From contig OZ243938.1 of the NCBI GenBank assembly GCA_965214095.1, positions 1,280,001 through 1,344,000 of the forward strand: a stretch of DNA of 64,000 bases. The letters run 5' to 3'. The notes beneath the pieces were generated by a model. That model was not told the DNA's origin. It made no database searches and saw only the letters and a program-made list of their open reading frames with translations. Positions 30,628-41,177 of the stretch are shown piece by piece (the stretch's first letter is position 1; the number at the start of each line of letters is the position of its first letter). This DNA is from Candidatus Poribacteria bacterium (GTDB lineage: Bacteria; Poribacteria; WGA-4E; WGA-3G). The position numbers and the translations under genes were made by a program.

Positions 30628-31638
30628 ATGAAAGGCAAACAGATAATTATGCCTGAGAAACGAGTGGCAACGTTAGCAGATTTTGAACTTGACGAAACTC
30701 TTGCACCTAATCAAATATTACTCAAAACACATTACAGCCTAATCAGTCCTGGTACTGAAGGAGCCGGATTTACCGGTTTAGAAAGTGGCACTCGGTTTCC
30801 CCACGGGTCTGGATATACGGCTATCGGTGAAGTCCTAAAAGTTGGTGAGCAAGTAACAAAGTGTGCAGTTGGTGATTTTGTCTTTTGCTATAGTTCACAC
30901 GCTTCTATTGTTAAAACTTCATCTATAATGTTGTCATTCAAACCTCCGTTAGAGATAGATGCTAAACTGATACCCTTTGTGCGTATGGCAACGGTAGCGA
31001 TGACTTCACTTCGTGTGTCCTCTGCAGAATTTGGAGATTCGGTTGTTGTTATCGGTTTAGGATTAGTCGGGAATTCAGCATCGCAAATATTCAACTTAGC
31101 AGGAATGAATGTCATTAGCGTTGAGCGTGTGCCTGAACGTTTAGAAATTGCTCGTAAATGTGGAATACAACACCTGATAAATCCTGACGAAGAAGATGTA
31201 CACGAACGTGTCAAAACCCTAACAGGTGGACGCAAAGCAGAGGTTACCGTTGAGGCAATTGGAAATCCACGACTGGCTGAATTGGCATATCAGTTGACGG
31301 GTAGTAAAGGAGAGGTAATCCTTCTCGGTTCACCGCGTGGTGAGTATGTTACAAATGTGACGGATATACTAAATTATACACATCTCATTGGTCGGGGTGC
31401 CATAACACTGAAGAGTGCCCATGAATGGGTGTATCCGACAATGCATTCAGGTGAATCGAAACACTCACTTGAACGGAATTCACAAATCGTCTATTCTCTC
31501 ATTAAAGATGGTAAGTTTAAGGTTGAGGAATTACTAACGCATGTGATAAACCCTGAAGATGCACAATCTGCTTACGATGGTTTGACAGATCAGAAGGACA
31601 AATATTTAGGTGTTATCATGGATTGGACACAGGTATAA
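30628..31638 (+). CDS. Medium-chain (zinc-binding type) alcohol dehydrogenase
   Basis: Motifs SLISPGTE, GY..IG.V..VG, Rossmann VIGLGLVG and EAIG.P. Confidence 0.85.
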   Translation: MKGKQIIMPEKRVATLADFELDETLAPNQILLKTHYSLISPGTEGAGFTGLESGTRFPHGSGYTAIGEVLKVGEQVTKCAVGDFVFCYSSHASIVKTSSIMLSFKPPLEIDAKLIPFVRMATVAMTSLRVSSAEFGDSVVVIGLGLVGNSASQIFNLAGMNVISVERVPERLEIARKCGIQHLINPDEEDVHERVKTLTGGRKAEVTVEAIGNPRLAELAYQLTGSKGEVILLGSPRGEYVTNVTDILNYTHLIGRGAITLKSAHEWVYPTMHSGESKHSLERNSQIVYSLIKDGKFKVEELLTHVINPEDAQSAYDGLTDQKDKYLGVIMDWTQV

Positions 31639-31658
31639 TCTCTCTAAACACCGTCTGA

Positions 31659-31748
31659 TACCAAATTAACCTAAATCGTAGGGGCAGGGTTTCCCTACCC
31701 GCACGTGTTCTCAGCATTAAAAACAGAACAAATCTCGTTAATTTGGTA
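31659..31748. mobile_element. 90-bp MITE with perfect TIRs, a possible TGA target duplication and one GTAG REP
   Basis: TACCAAATTAAC...GTTAATTTGGTA flanked by TGA on both sides; internal GTAG-GGGCAGGG-TTT-CCCTACCC at 31678-31700. Confidence 0.7.
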
Positions 31749-31776
31749 TGATACAACGGCAGCTATTGAGGATAAA

Positions 31777-32274
31777 ATGCACACGCTTCTTATACTACGA
31801 CATGCTAAATCGTGTTGGGAAAACCCCGCACTATCAGATTATGATAGACCATTGAACAAACGCGGAAAACGGGATGCGCCACGAATAGGAAAACATCTCA
31901 GACAACAAGGTTTAGTTCCAGATTGTATTCTTACTTCATCAGCAAAACGTGCAAGAAAAACTGCTTCTAAAGTTGCTGAAGCATGTGGATATAAGGGCAA
32001 AATCAAACGATTAGAGGACCTATATCTTGCACCACCAGGTGTCTATTATGAGTTTTTACAGGAGTTATCCAAGGAATATCAGTGTTCTATGGTAGTGGGA
32101 CACAACCCTACCATAGAACAACTTGTATCGCATTTGTCAGGAGAACACCATCGCATGCCTACCGCAGCAATTGCCCATTTTGAACTTCCTATAGAAAAAT
32201 GGGAAATGTTGGACTTGTCCACTAAAGGAAAGTTAGTTAATTTATGGACACCCAAATCACTATTCAACGACTAA
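31777..32274 (+). CDS. sixA: Phosphohistidine phosphatase SixA (histidine phosphatase superfamily)
   Basis: LRHAKS, DYDRPLNKRG, SSA.RA..T, VGHNP and MPTAA; GAGG RBS before ATG 31777. Confidence 0.85.
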   Translation: MHTLLILRHAKSCWENPALSDYDRPLNKRGKRDAPRIGKHLRQQGLVPDCILTSSAKRARKTASKVAEACGYKGKIKRLEDLYLAPPGVYYEFLQELSKEYQCSMVVGHNPTIEQLVSHLSGEHHRMPTAAIAHFELPIEKWEMLDLSTKGKLVNLWTPKSLFND

Positions 32275-33650
32275 AAATCAATATTCTTCCATTAATTTTA
32301 TCAATCGCTATAGGACTCTTCTCATATATACCGTCGACAACCACATTAGCGGATATTATCGTGTCTAACGCTGATGATGGACAACTTTTTCCGCAAGGGG
32401 TTGCTGACGGTAAAGGTGGACTCATAATTGTTTGGGAAGATTATAGAACAGGAAAAGATTGGGATGTATATGCGCAACGTGTAGATGACTCAGATAATCC
32501 GTTGTGGACACCGAACGGACAACCAATTTCTATCGCAAGCAATAACCAACGCCGCTTGCGGATGGTTGGATACGACACACATGTTATTGTCGTTTGGAAT
32601 GATAGACGTGGACGGGGTAGTTGGGATATTTATGCACAGGCAGTGAATTTTGATGGACAAGTGCTTTGGGAAAAAGATGGAATACCGATTTGCGTTAATA
32701 CTTCTGACCAATCAACACAAGCAGTGGTGAGTGATGGTGAAGGGGGTATAGTCGTTGTGTGGGAGGATGAACGAAGAAGTACTGAATTCCAAGACCTATA
32801 TCTTCAACGAGTTAATGCTTTAGGAGAACCGATGTGGGAACAGGATGGTATTCCTGTTTTTCCATCTGAATCCCTTCAAAGTGAGCCTGTCTTAATCTCT
32901 GATGAATTGGGTGGATTTTATGTGGTATGGTGGGATGTAATTGGTACGGATCAATGGAACATTATGGCATATAGAATTAGCAATGATGGGAAACCGTTCT
33001 GGGATACCCCCGTTCTTATTACACCAAAAGATGGAATTCAGGGAGTACATCGTGTTGTTCCTGACAGCGAAGGTGGAATTATTGTTGTGTGGCAGATATA
33101 TGAGAATTTCATTAACGACCAACTCTACGGTCAACGAATATCACCAGATGGAAACAAGATGTGGCAAGATGATGGCATCCCAATCTGCATTGCGGATGGA
33201 ATACAGAAGAACCCAGCAATCGTTGACGATGGAAAAGGTGGTGCCATTGTTGTTTGGCGCGATGAACGTGACATCTATTCAGACTTATATGCACAACGGA
33301 TTCGTGCTGATGGCACGTTAGTTTGGCAGGAAGATGGTATCCCAATATGCACCGTAGGTGGACATCAAGATAGACCGTTCATTGTGCGTATCGCAAACAA
33401 TCATTTCTTCGTTGCATGGTTAGACTATCGTGGTGATTTTGGGGATAAGAGTGTTGATGCGCTCTATTGTCAACAAATTGATCTGGATGGGAATTTGTTG
33501 TGGAATGAAGAAGGAGTTTCTATTTCAACAAGTGGTGGAGAACACTTTCCTCCCTTCGTTGTCTCTGTTGGTGATGAGAAAGTGTCAGTCATTTGGAGCA
33601 ATAGTCAACGTGATAGTGGTGATATATTTCTAAAACAATTTCATAGGTAA
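32244..33650 (+). CDS. Secreted beta-propeller-like protein with 8 repeats
   Basis: Eight ~55-aa repeats of Q..P....DG.GG..VVW.D.R....D.YAQR....G...W...G..I; N-terminal signal peptide. Confidence 0.75.
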   Translation: MDTQITIQRLKINILPLILSIAIGLFSYIPSTTTLADIIVSNADDGQLFPQGVADGKGGLIIVWEDYRTGKDWDVYAQRVDDSDNPLWTPNGQPISIASNNQRRLRMVGYDTHVIVVWNDRRGRGSWDIYAQAVNFDGQVLWEKDGIPICVNTSDQSTQAVVSDGEGGIVVVWEDERRSTEFQDLYLQRVNALGEPMWEQDGIPVFPSESLQSEPVLISDELGGFYVVWWDVIGTDQWNIMAYRISNDGKPFWDTPVLITPKDGIQGVHRVVPDSEGGIIVVWQIYENFINDQLYGQRISPDGNKMWQDDGIPICIADGIQKNPAIVDDGKGGAIVVWRDERDIYSDLYAQRIRADGTLVWQEDGIPICTVGGHQDRPFIVRIANNHFFVAWLDYRGDFGDKSVDALYCQQIDLDGNLLWNEEGVSISTSGGEHFPPFVVSVGDEKVSVIWSNSQRDSGDIFLKQFHR

Positions 33651-33653
33651 TAC

Positions 33654-36395
33654 ATGAACGATTATAAGCAGATTTTATCAACGATTTGTCGTCCGTTTCA
33701 ACAAGAAATCCGCAAAGGTTGTCAAGATGATGTTGTTATCAATGGCCTGGGAGAATATGTTAACCTCTGGATTGGAAATGCAAGAAAACTAAATCTTGCA
33801 TCTGATGAAACGCAATTACTCAATCAGATAGACGGTGTATTTGAGAACTACTCCAATATGAGTCCTGCCGAGCGGAAAAGTGTTATAGAAAATACAACTG
33901 GTCTGATTGAAGCATCACTTGCAGGAAAAACTATAAAGAACATACCTACTTCAAAAGATGAGCCACAGACCCTGACTTCTACAGTTGAAACTGGAAAACA
34001 GGAAGAGAAAAAACAGACGAGACCAACATCAGAAAATCAGTATGCAAACTTACCACTTTTTCAAGATGTGAATGTTACGCCTAAAATCGACCAGACTCCT
34101 GATATTACTCCCTCCGTGGATGTCACACAGAAAACAGATGAAACCTTATTACCTTTTGACGTGAATGAAATAACACAAGCAGATGGAAATGATGGGAAAG
34201 ATGTGCCAGTTTTGCTTGGAGATACTCCTGTTTCAACAGATGTTGAATCTCTTGATATTCTCAACAATGCTCTGCAATATGTCAAGGGAATTGGACCTAA
34301 ACGTGCTGAAATATTTGCAGATGAAATAGAGATACATACTGTCGGTGGATTGTTGGAATATTATCCACGTGACTACATTGATAGATCAAAAACAGTAGAA
34401 ATATATAGTGTCGGCAGAAGAGAGGATGGGGAACCAGAGACAATACAAGGACGTGTAGTTAATCATGTTACGACACCACCCGTTGCGAAGGGACGTAAAA
34501 GTATTGGTAAGGTCTCAATATATGATGGCACAGGGGTTGCGATATTAGTGAACTTCGGTAGAAGGATAGGTTATATCAAATCCATACTACCGATTGATAC
34601 TGAAGTGGTGATTAGCGGAAAATTTACACGTCGTTACAATGAAATCCAAACAACTGATTACGAATTTGAGATATTTGAAGAAGATAATCTTATTCACACG
34701 AAACGTATCGTGCCAAAATATCCTCTTACAGCGAAACTAACCGCAAGAATGGTGCGAACGGCTGTCCGGAATGCCTTAGACCAGCATGGCGATGAAATTC
34801 CTGAAATCCTACCGCTTCCATTACGAAAACAGCACGCATTGATTGACCGACAACAAGCCATTAATGAGATACATTTTCCCACATCTGAAGGACACAGACA
34901 AGCTGCGCAACGTAGACTCGCTTTTGATGAATTTTTTCTACTAAGCCTCGGAATGGAGATGCGTAAGGACGACAGAACATCACAAAAAGGTATCAGCTTT
35001 GAGATAAACAGACAACAGGAGCGTGAACATTCTCTTCTAAAGAAATTCGTGGACTCATTACCTTTCGCTCTGACGAATGCTCAAAAACGGGTTTTCAATG
35101 AGATTTGTGATGATATGCAAAGTCAACGTGTGATGAACCGCCTGATTCAAGGAGATGTAGGTTCAGGTAAAACTGTCGTAGCGGCAATGGCGTTAATATG
35201 TGCACTGGAGAACGGATTTCAAGGTGCGATTATGGTTCCAACTGAAATCCTTGCAGAACAACATCACCAGAATCTCTCATCTTTACTAACCCCGTTTGGT
35301 GTAAAGGTTGTGCTTCTCAAAAGCGATCTGTCAAAATCTGAACGTGAAGATGCATTGACTGCAATTACCGATGGAACTGCTAACATTATAGTCGGAACAC
35401 AAGCATTGATACAGGAGGGTGTTGATTTCCACAAACTCGGACTCGTCATTATTGATGAGCAACATAGATTTGGCGTGATGCAAAGGGCAACACTTATGGG
35501 TAAAGCAAAATCATCTGCAGATGTACAAAGCAAAGAAGATGCGTATGAACCTGATGTGTTGGTTATGACAGCTACACCAATACCACGGACGTTATCCTTA
35601 ACGATATATGGTGATCTCAACATCTCTGTGATTGATGAGATGCCACCTGGAAGACAAAAGATTGAAACGAGGTGGATAAAAGAGAAAGATCGATCAGATC
35701 TGTACAACAAAATTCAGCGCGAAATTAGAAATGGAAAACAGGCTTATGTTGTCTATCCTCTTGTTGAGGAATCCGAAAAACTGGAGGAGTTGAAAGCAGC
35801 GACAAGTATGGCTGAACACATACAGAAAGATGTCTTTCCGCAATTACGCGTTGGATTATTACACGGACAGATGAAATCCGTTGAGAAACAGGAGATTATG
35901 TCGCAGTTTCATGCACGCGAACTTGATATATTGGTATCAACAACTGTCATTGAAGTTGGTATTGATGTGCCAAATGCGACTCTAATGGTGATTGAAAATG
36001 CGGAAAGGTTTGGTCTGGCACAGCTGCATCAGTTGCGCGGTAGAGTTGGTAGAGGAAGTGATAAGTCCTCTTGTTATCTTGTGGCGACACCAAGAACAGA
36101 TGAATCGTATCGTAGAATTCAAGTAATGATTCGGTCTAACGATGGATTTGTTATTGCTGAAGAAGATTTGAATATTCGGGGTCCTGGTGAGTTCTTTGGG
36201 ACTCGTCAGTCAGGTCTACCAAAATTCAAGATTGCTAATATTATTAGTGATGCCACATTATTGGAAACAGCAAAAAAAGAAGCGATGGAATTGATTAAAG
36301 ACGATCCTCATCTTGATAAGCCTGAACATCAACTTATGAAAAGAATGTTGAATGCACACTGGAAAGGACATTTAGAAATAGCATCTGTAGGTTAA
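33654..36395 (+). CDS. recG: ATP-dependent DNA helicase RecG
   Basis: Motifs LIQGDVGSGKT, IDEQHRFG, MTATPIPRT, QLHQLRGRVGRG and DL.IRGPGE.FG.RQSG. Confidence 0.97.
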   Translation: MNDYKQILSTICRPFQQEIRKGCQDDVVINGLGEYVNLWIGNARKLNLASDETQLLNQIDGVFENYSNMSPAERKSVIENTTGLIEASLAGKTIKNIPTSKDEPQTLTSTVETGKQEEKKQTRPTSENQYANLPLFQDVNVTPKIDQTPDITPSVDVTQKTDETLLPFDVNEITQADGNDGKDVPVLLGDTPVSTDVESLDILNNALQYVKGIGPKRAEIFADEIEIHTVGGLLEYYPRDYIDRSKTVEIYSVGRREDGEPETIQGRVVNHVTTPPVAKGRKSIGKVSIYDGTGVAILVNFGRRIGYIKSILPIDTEVVISGKFTRRYNEIQTTDYEFEIFEEDNLIHTKRIVPKYPLTAKLTARMVRTAVRNALDQHGDEIPEILPLPLRKQHALIDRQQAINEIHFPTSEGHRQAAQRRLAFDEFFLLSLGMEMRKDDRTSQKGISFEINRQQEREHSLLKKFVDSLPFALTNAQKRVFNEICDDMQSQRVMNRLIQGDVGSGKTVVAAMALICALENGFQGAIMVPTEILAEQHHQNLSSLLTPFGVKVVLLKSDLSKSEREDALTAITDGTANIIVGTQALIQEGVDFHKLGLVIIDEQHRFGVMQRATLMGKAKSSADVQSKEDAYEPDVLVMTATPIPRTLSLTIYGDLNISVIDEMPPGRQKIETRWIKEKDRSDLYNKIQREIRNGKQAYVVYPLVEESEKLEELKAATSMAEHIQKDVFPQLRVGLLHGQMKSVEKQEIMSQFHARELDILVSTTVIEVGIDVPNATLMVIENAERFGLAQLHQLRGRVGRGSDKSSCYLVATPRTDESYRRIQVMIRSNDGFVIAEEDLNIRGPGEFFGTRQSGLPKFKIANIISDATLLETAKKEAMELIKDDPHLDKPEHQLMKRMLNAHWKGHLEIASVG

Positions 36396-37354
36396 CTCAG
36401 TTCAAGAATTAATTGGTAGAGATGTGGAATAGTAACAGAAAAATCACCGGAAATGTGGTAACTTTCACCGCCATCTTTTACCGTGCGAATAAGGATTGTC
36501 TTCTTTGGACGGTGATAGTAATGTGCTTCTGTCGGTTTACCCTCTTCCTGGAAATCGGTGAAATCAATGAGATCAAAGTTAGCAGTTGTGAAATTCCGTA
36601 TTTCTTCCCCGCGCTGTGCTGCGATGTTACGTGCCATAGACAGGCTCTTGAGATAGACTTCTGGTCCCATGACTGCAGAACCTAAGTTTAGGAAAACTCC
36701 ACCCTCTAAGCGAGAAACAACTGACACGAAACGTAGGAAATCCTCTCCAGATGTCCACCCTAATGCGGCATAATCTGCGTCAGGATGTTGGTCTGTTATA
36801 TCAAAACCGATACCTTTGTGAACTGTTATCCACATACCTAAACGGTAGGCAGCACCAAATATACTTATGTCCCGATGCGGAAAATTGGTATCTTTTTCTT
36901 CGTCTTGTATTAATCTCCCGATTGCTTGACCAAAACCGATCTTGTCTTTATACGCTCTGATGATAGCTTGGTTCAGATAACGTCCAGTCTCCTCCCAGTG
37001 TCCAAACTTTCCGTCCTTTATGTATATTTCAACGTCTTCAAGTGTTGCTCCGATATGTGCCAGTTCAAAATCGTGTATTGCACATGCTCCATTGGTTGCT
37101 ATATGTGTTATCACATGTTTATTCAACAGATCAATAATATATCGGGAGTTCCCACGACGTAGCACGTGTGCCCCCATCATCCAGATGACTTCCTTACCGT
37201 TATTACGTGCTTGGACTATTCGCTCAGCAACGATGTTGAGATTTTCATTCTCATAAGAAGGTGTTTTGGCATCTAACTCGTAAATGTCCTCCACAGTCAT
37301 TTTATGTTGGCGTTCTGATAGTGGTAAGATATTGAGTTGGGAACGATCAAACAT
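36392..37354 (-). CDS. Deoxyhypusine-synthase-like fold protein of unknown function
   Basis: MMGAHV, ATNGA..IHDFE, TVH..IG.DI and LN.GSAV.GPEV.LK motifs of a conserved bacterial DHS-like family. Confidence 0.6.
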   Translation of the reverse strand: MFDRSQLNILPLSERQHKMTVEDIYELDAKTPSYENENLNIVAERIVQARNNGKEVIWMMGAHVLRRGNSRYIIDLLNKHVITHIATNGACAIHDFELAHIGATLEDVEIYIKDGKFGHWEETGRYLNQAIIRAYKDKIGFGQAIGRLIQDEEKDTNFPHRDISIFGAAYRLGMWITVHKGIGFDITDQHPDADYAALGWTSGEDFLRFVSVVSRLEGGVFLNLGSAVMGPEVYLKSLSMARNIAAQRGEEIRNFTTANFDLIDFTDFQEEGKPTEAHYYHRPKKTILIRTVKDGGESYHISGDFSVTIPHLYQLILELS

Positions 37355-37379
37355 GGGGTGTTATCGTAATTTTGTAGTG

Positions 37380-40300
37380 CTATGCTATCAGTCTTGAAAA
37401 CTTTGCAGAGACGATTTTTGACATTCCAGCCTGTTCCATTGTCACACCATACATGATGTCTGCTATTTCCATTGTGCGGTTGTTGTGTGTGATAATGACG
37501 AACTGAGTGTTGTCAGAATACGCACGGATAAGATTTGTGAATCGGAGTACGTTTGCTTCGTCAAGTGCTGCATCTACTTCGTCAAGCACACAGAAAGGAC
37601 TCGGTTTTATTTTGAAAACAGCGAATAACAACCCGATTGCAACAAGTGAACGTTCACCTCCGGACAGTTGTGTAATGCTCTGTGGACGTTTGCCTGGGGG
37701 ACGTGCGATAATATCAATCCCCGATTCTAAGATGTTTGATTCATCAGTCAATCTTAATTCAGTCTCTCCACCACCGAAGAGTTGTGCAAAAACTTCTTGG
37801 AAATTGGTTTTTACCTGTTCAAATGCTCTCAGGAATACTTGACATGATGTTTCGTTAATTTTTTGTATTGCTTGATATGAAGATTGAATTGACTGCTGTA
37901 CATCTTCACGTTGTGAAACGAGGAAATCCAGGCGTTTCTTGTGTTCTTCATGTGCTGCAATAGCTTTGAGATTTACATCTCCCATTGCTGCGAGTTCAGC
38001 TTTCAACTTTTCAATTTCATCCATCATATCGATTTCATTGATTTCAGTTTGATTAGCGTTATCATTGGATTCATTTTCAGTATCTGAAACTTTGAGCATC
38101 GGTTTCGGTAGTTCCTCAATAGAAACTTGGTATTTATCAAGGATGCGTGTGGAGTTGGATTTAATTCGCATTTCAAGTTGCGTGGTTTTTATCTCAAGTT
38201 GTGTTCGTGTCCGATTCTGCTTTTCATATAGTTTTCGTGTTCCCCGCATTTCTTTCTGTAGATTCTCAATCTCTGAGATCAATTCATCTCTCTCTTCTAT
38301 CAGTTCGTCGCATTCTGCTTCAGCTTCTGCAAAATCACCTTGAATTTGTAGGAATTGACGTTCGGCATTTCTAATTTGGTCAGAAATATCTTGTTTCTTT
38401 TGTTCGTCATTGTCAATTATTTCCTGCTGTTTTTTCATCTCTTCATTGATTTGAATTTCTCTCTCTTCAAAACCTTCAAGTTCTGTAATCATCCCATTGA
38501 TTTTTCCCTGTTGTCCTGCTAAAAAGATTTCTTTCTCTTGAACTTCGGCAGCAATTTCTTCCTTTTTACGTTTGTCACTATCTACACCTTCAGTAACACG
38601 TTTTATCCGATTTTCCGTTTGTGTTCTCTTTTTCGTGAGTTCCTCTATCTTTTCATTAAGTTGCTGTTGTTCTTCTCTTGAGAGTTCGGCAGTCTCTTTG
38701 TATTGTTCGTTTTCAGCTACATTTTGCGCTATTTGCTTTTCAATTCGTGCGACGGTTTGGTCGATCTGTTCAATATCCTTTGCTATAGCAGCCTTCTCTA
38801 TTTTCTTATCTTGCCATTGAGATGAAAGTTGCTGCCTTAATTGTTGAGCTTGTGCAATTGTTGCTGCGTAAGATATCCGTTTTTGTTTAGTCTGATCAAC
38901 TAATTGTGTTAAATCATCAATTTTGGACTGTAAAACATCAAGTTCGTTGTTTCTACTGAGAAGACCTGTTTTTCTTTGTTCTGAATGTCCGCCTGTGATT
39001 GCCCCAGTGGTATTGATAACTTCACCTTCAAGAGTTACCAATCGAGCGTTTGGATTGGACCGTCGTTTGAGTGCAATAGCATTGTCCAAACTATCTATAA
39101 CAAGCGTGTTACCTAATAGATGTTGTACTGCAGGTTGGTAAAAGGTGTCAAAATCCACCAAATCTTCAGCCACACCGATGACACCAGGTTCATCAAGGAG
39201 TGCATCATCAGTGAAGTTTCTTCTACGGATAATGTCAAGTGGCAGAAATGTCACTCTTCCTGCTCTATGTTCTTTGAGAAATTTTATTCCTGCATCGGCA
39301 TCCTCTGCTGTTTCAGTGACAACATTTTGTATAGCACTACCGAGTGCAACTTCAATAGCAAGTTCATATTCGTTTTGTGTTTGTATGAGTTCTGCAACAA
39401 CCCCGCAAATACCAGTAAATTGTTCAGGGAAGTGTTCTTTTGCTTGCATAATAGCACTGACACCAGCGTAATATCCTCTGTATGACGATTGCATTTGTGT
39501 TAAAGTTCTGTGTTGGGTTTCATTAACCCCTAAGGTATCTTGCAGCCCGCGTATTTTTGTGTCAATTTGTCGGAGAGCATCCTGCGTTTCGTTGAATGTT
39601 GATTCAACCTTCTTTTTCTCAGTGTCAATTTCAATTAAGTCTGCATCTAATTTTGTAGCAGTTAATTGGATTTCCTTGCGCTTGTCGATCGCATCTATTA
39701 GTTCTGTATTTAACGTGTCAGCATTTTCTTCCAACCGGTTAAGATTGCTCTGTGTATTTGAGACCTTATCATCAATGGAATTTCTTCTATTTTGAAGAAG
39801 TGAAACTTCTGAGATAGTCTCCTGTAGGTCGTTTTGTGCAATTCGTATAGTCTCATTCGTATTATGAATGCGTGTGCTCAACTCCTGCAAAACTTGCTTG
39901 CGACCTGATAATCGACTGTTCTCGATTTTTAATGCCGCCTCAGATCTTTTCTGTTCTTGTCTCCGTTCCTTTCTCTGTGATTCTAAATGTATTTGTTGTG
40001 TTTTGAGGGAGTCAAGTGATTGCAGTGCTCTTTGGCGTTGTTGCGATATATTTAATTGATTTTCTTTGTAGACTACAAGTTGTCGCTCAATTTTCTCTAT
40101 TTGCCCTTCTATTTCATTTTTCTTTCCTTGGGCAGCAGCGATATTTGCATCCAGTTCAGATCTTTTGATGGAAGCTTGTTCAACTCTATCTTCCGCATCT
40201 TGCATATCTTTATTTACTTCGCTGACCTGGTTTATTATTTCATCCAATTTATTCTGTGCTTCAAAATGTTCAACTGCAAGTTTCTCGTATTCACGATATG

Positions 40301-40988
40301 CGAGGTTCAATTCTAATTTTTGTTGTTCTTCTTTTAATGATTTGTAGTGTTCGGCTTGGTCCGCTTGGTTTTTCAAGGATTCAGTTTCACGTTCTAATTC
40401 TTGTATAACATCGTTGATACGGACTAAATTCTGTTTTGTTTCTTCTAACTTTCTAATAGCAGTTTTCTTATTGTGTTTAGATTTTGTGATTCCTGCAACT
40501 TCGTCAAATAAGAACCGTCGTTCTTCTGGACGGACGTTAAGTATCATGTCAATCTTACTCTGTTCCATAACAGAATATGCATCCACGCCAACACCTGTAT
40601 CCATGAATAGTTCGCTAATGTCCCGAAGTCTACATGCAGTCTTATTGATAAGATAACGACTTTCTCCATCTCGCGTGAGTTGTCTACACACTTCTACATC
40701 AGATGACTGAATTGATAGATTTTCAGATATATTGGTAAATGAGAGTGTGACACTTGCTTTTTGTGATGGACTAAATTTTGATCCGCCGTTAAACAGTAGG
40801 TCTCGCATACTGGTGCATCGGAGTGCTCTCGCACTCTGTTCACCTAAAACCCACCGTATTGCATCGGAGACGTTACTTTTGCCGCAACCGTTTGGTCCAA
40901 CTATGGTGGTAATACCTGGTTCCAGTAATAGATCTACTTGTTCAGCGAAACTCTTGAATCCACTAATTTTGATGTTTTTTAAGTACAA
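37380..40988 (-). CDS. smc: Chromosome segregation protein SMC
   Basis: GFKSFA, GPNGCGKSN, coiled coils, hinge GRVTFLPL/GAITGG, LSGGE and LDEVDAALD; TTG start with AGGAGG RBS. Confidence 0.97.
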   Translation of the reverse strand: MYLKNIKISGFKSFAEQVDLLLEPGITTIVGPNGCGKSNVSDAIRWVLGEQSARALRCTSMRDLLFNGGSKFSPSQKASVTLSFTNISENLSIQSSDVEVCRQLTRDGESRYLINKTACRLRDISELFMDTGVGVDAYSVMEQSKIDMILNVRPEERRFLFDEVAGITKSKHNKKTAIRKLEETKQNLVRINDVIQELERETESLKNQADQAEHYKSLKEEQQKLELNLAYREYEKLAVEHFEAQNKLDEIINQVSEVNKDMQDAEDRVEQASIKRSELDANIAAAQGKKNEIEGQIEKIERQLVVYKENQLNISQQRQRALQSLDSLKTQQIHLESQRKERRQEQKRSEAALKIENSRLSGRKQVLQELSTRIHNTNETIRIAQNDLQETISEVSLLQNRRNSIDDKVSNTQSNLNRLEENADTLNTELIDAIDKRKEIQLTATKLDADLIEIDTEKKKVESTFNETQDALRQIDTKIRGLQDTLGVNETQHRTLTQMQSSYRGYYAGVSAIMQAKEHFPEQFTGICGVVAELIQTQNEYELAIEVALGSAIQNVVTETAEDADAGIKFLKEHRAGRVTFLPLDIIRRRNFTDDALLDEPGVIGVAEDLVDFDTFYQPAVQHLLGNTLVIDSLDNAIALKRRSNPNARLVTLEGEVINTTGAITGGHSEQRKTGLLSRNNELDVLQSKIDDLTQLVDQTKQKRISYAATIAQAQQLRQQLSSQWQDKKIEKAAIAKDIEQIDQTVARIEKQIAQNVAENEQYKETAELSREEQQQLNEKIEELTKKRTQTENRIKRVTEGVDSDKRKKEEIAAEVQEKEIFLAGQQGKINGMITELEGFEEREIQINEEMKKQQEIIDNDEQKKQDISDQIRNAERQFLQIQGDFAEAEAECDELIEERDELISEIENLQKEMRGTRKLYEKQNRTRTQLEIKTTQLEMRIKSNSTRILDKYQVSIEELPKPMLKVSDTENESNDNANQTEINEIDMMDEIEKLKAELAAMGDVNLKAIAAHEEHKKRLDFLVSQREDVQQSIQSSYQAIQKINETSCQVFLRAFEQVKTNFQEVFAQLFGGGETELRLTDESNILESGIDIIARPPGKRPQSITQLSGGERSLVAIGLLFAVFKIKPSPFCVLDEVDAALDEANVLRFTNLIRAYSDNTQFVIITHNNRTMEIADIMYGVTMEQAGMSKIVSAKFSRLIA

Positions 40989-41177
40989 AATGTTCCTCCT
41001 ACCAATAATCTTCTATGCCAATTCTATCTATGACTTTACCTTTTGTACTAGCAATCTAAAAGGCGCGTAAATTGTGCCACTACGAGCCAGATTTTTTATC
41101 AGTCTTAACGTTCTATGATTATATAGTTAACCTATTTGTATATACGATAAACATTAATGATTGGTTTCAATAGGCAT

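Noticed and set aside
31705-31776. N-terminal ORF extensions given by the ORF track (also 13296-13352 and 54370-54411)
   Set aside because: The extensions start within MITE or REP sequence; downstream ATGs have proper RBSs and match family N-termini.
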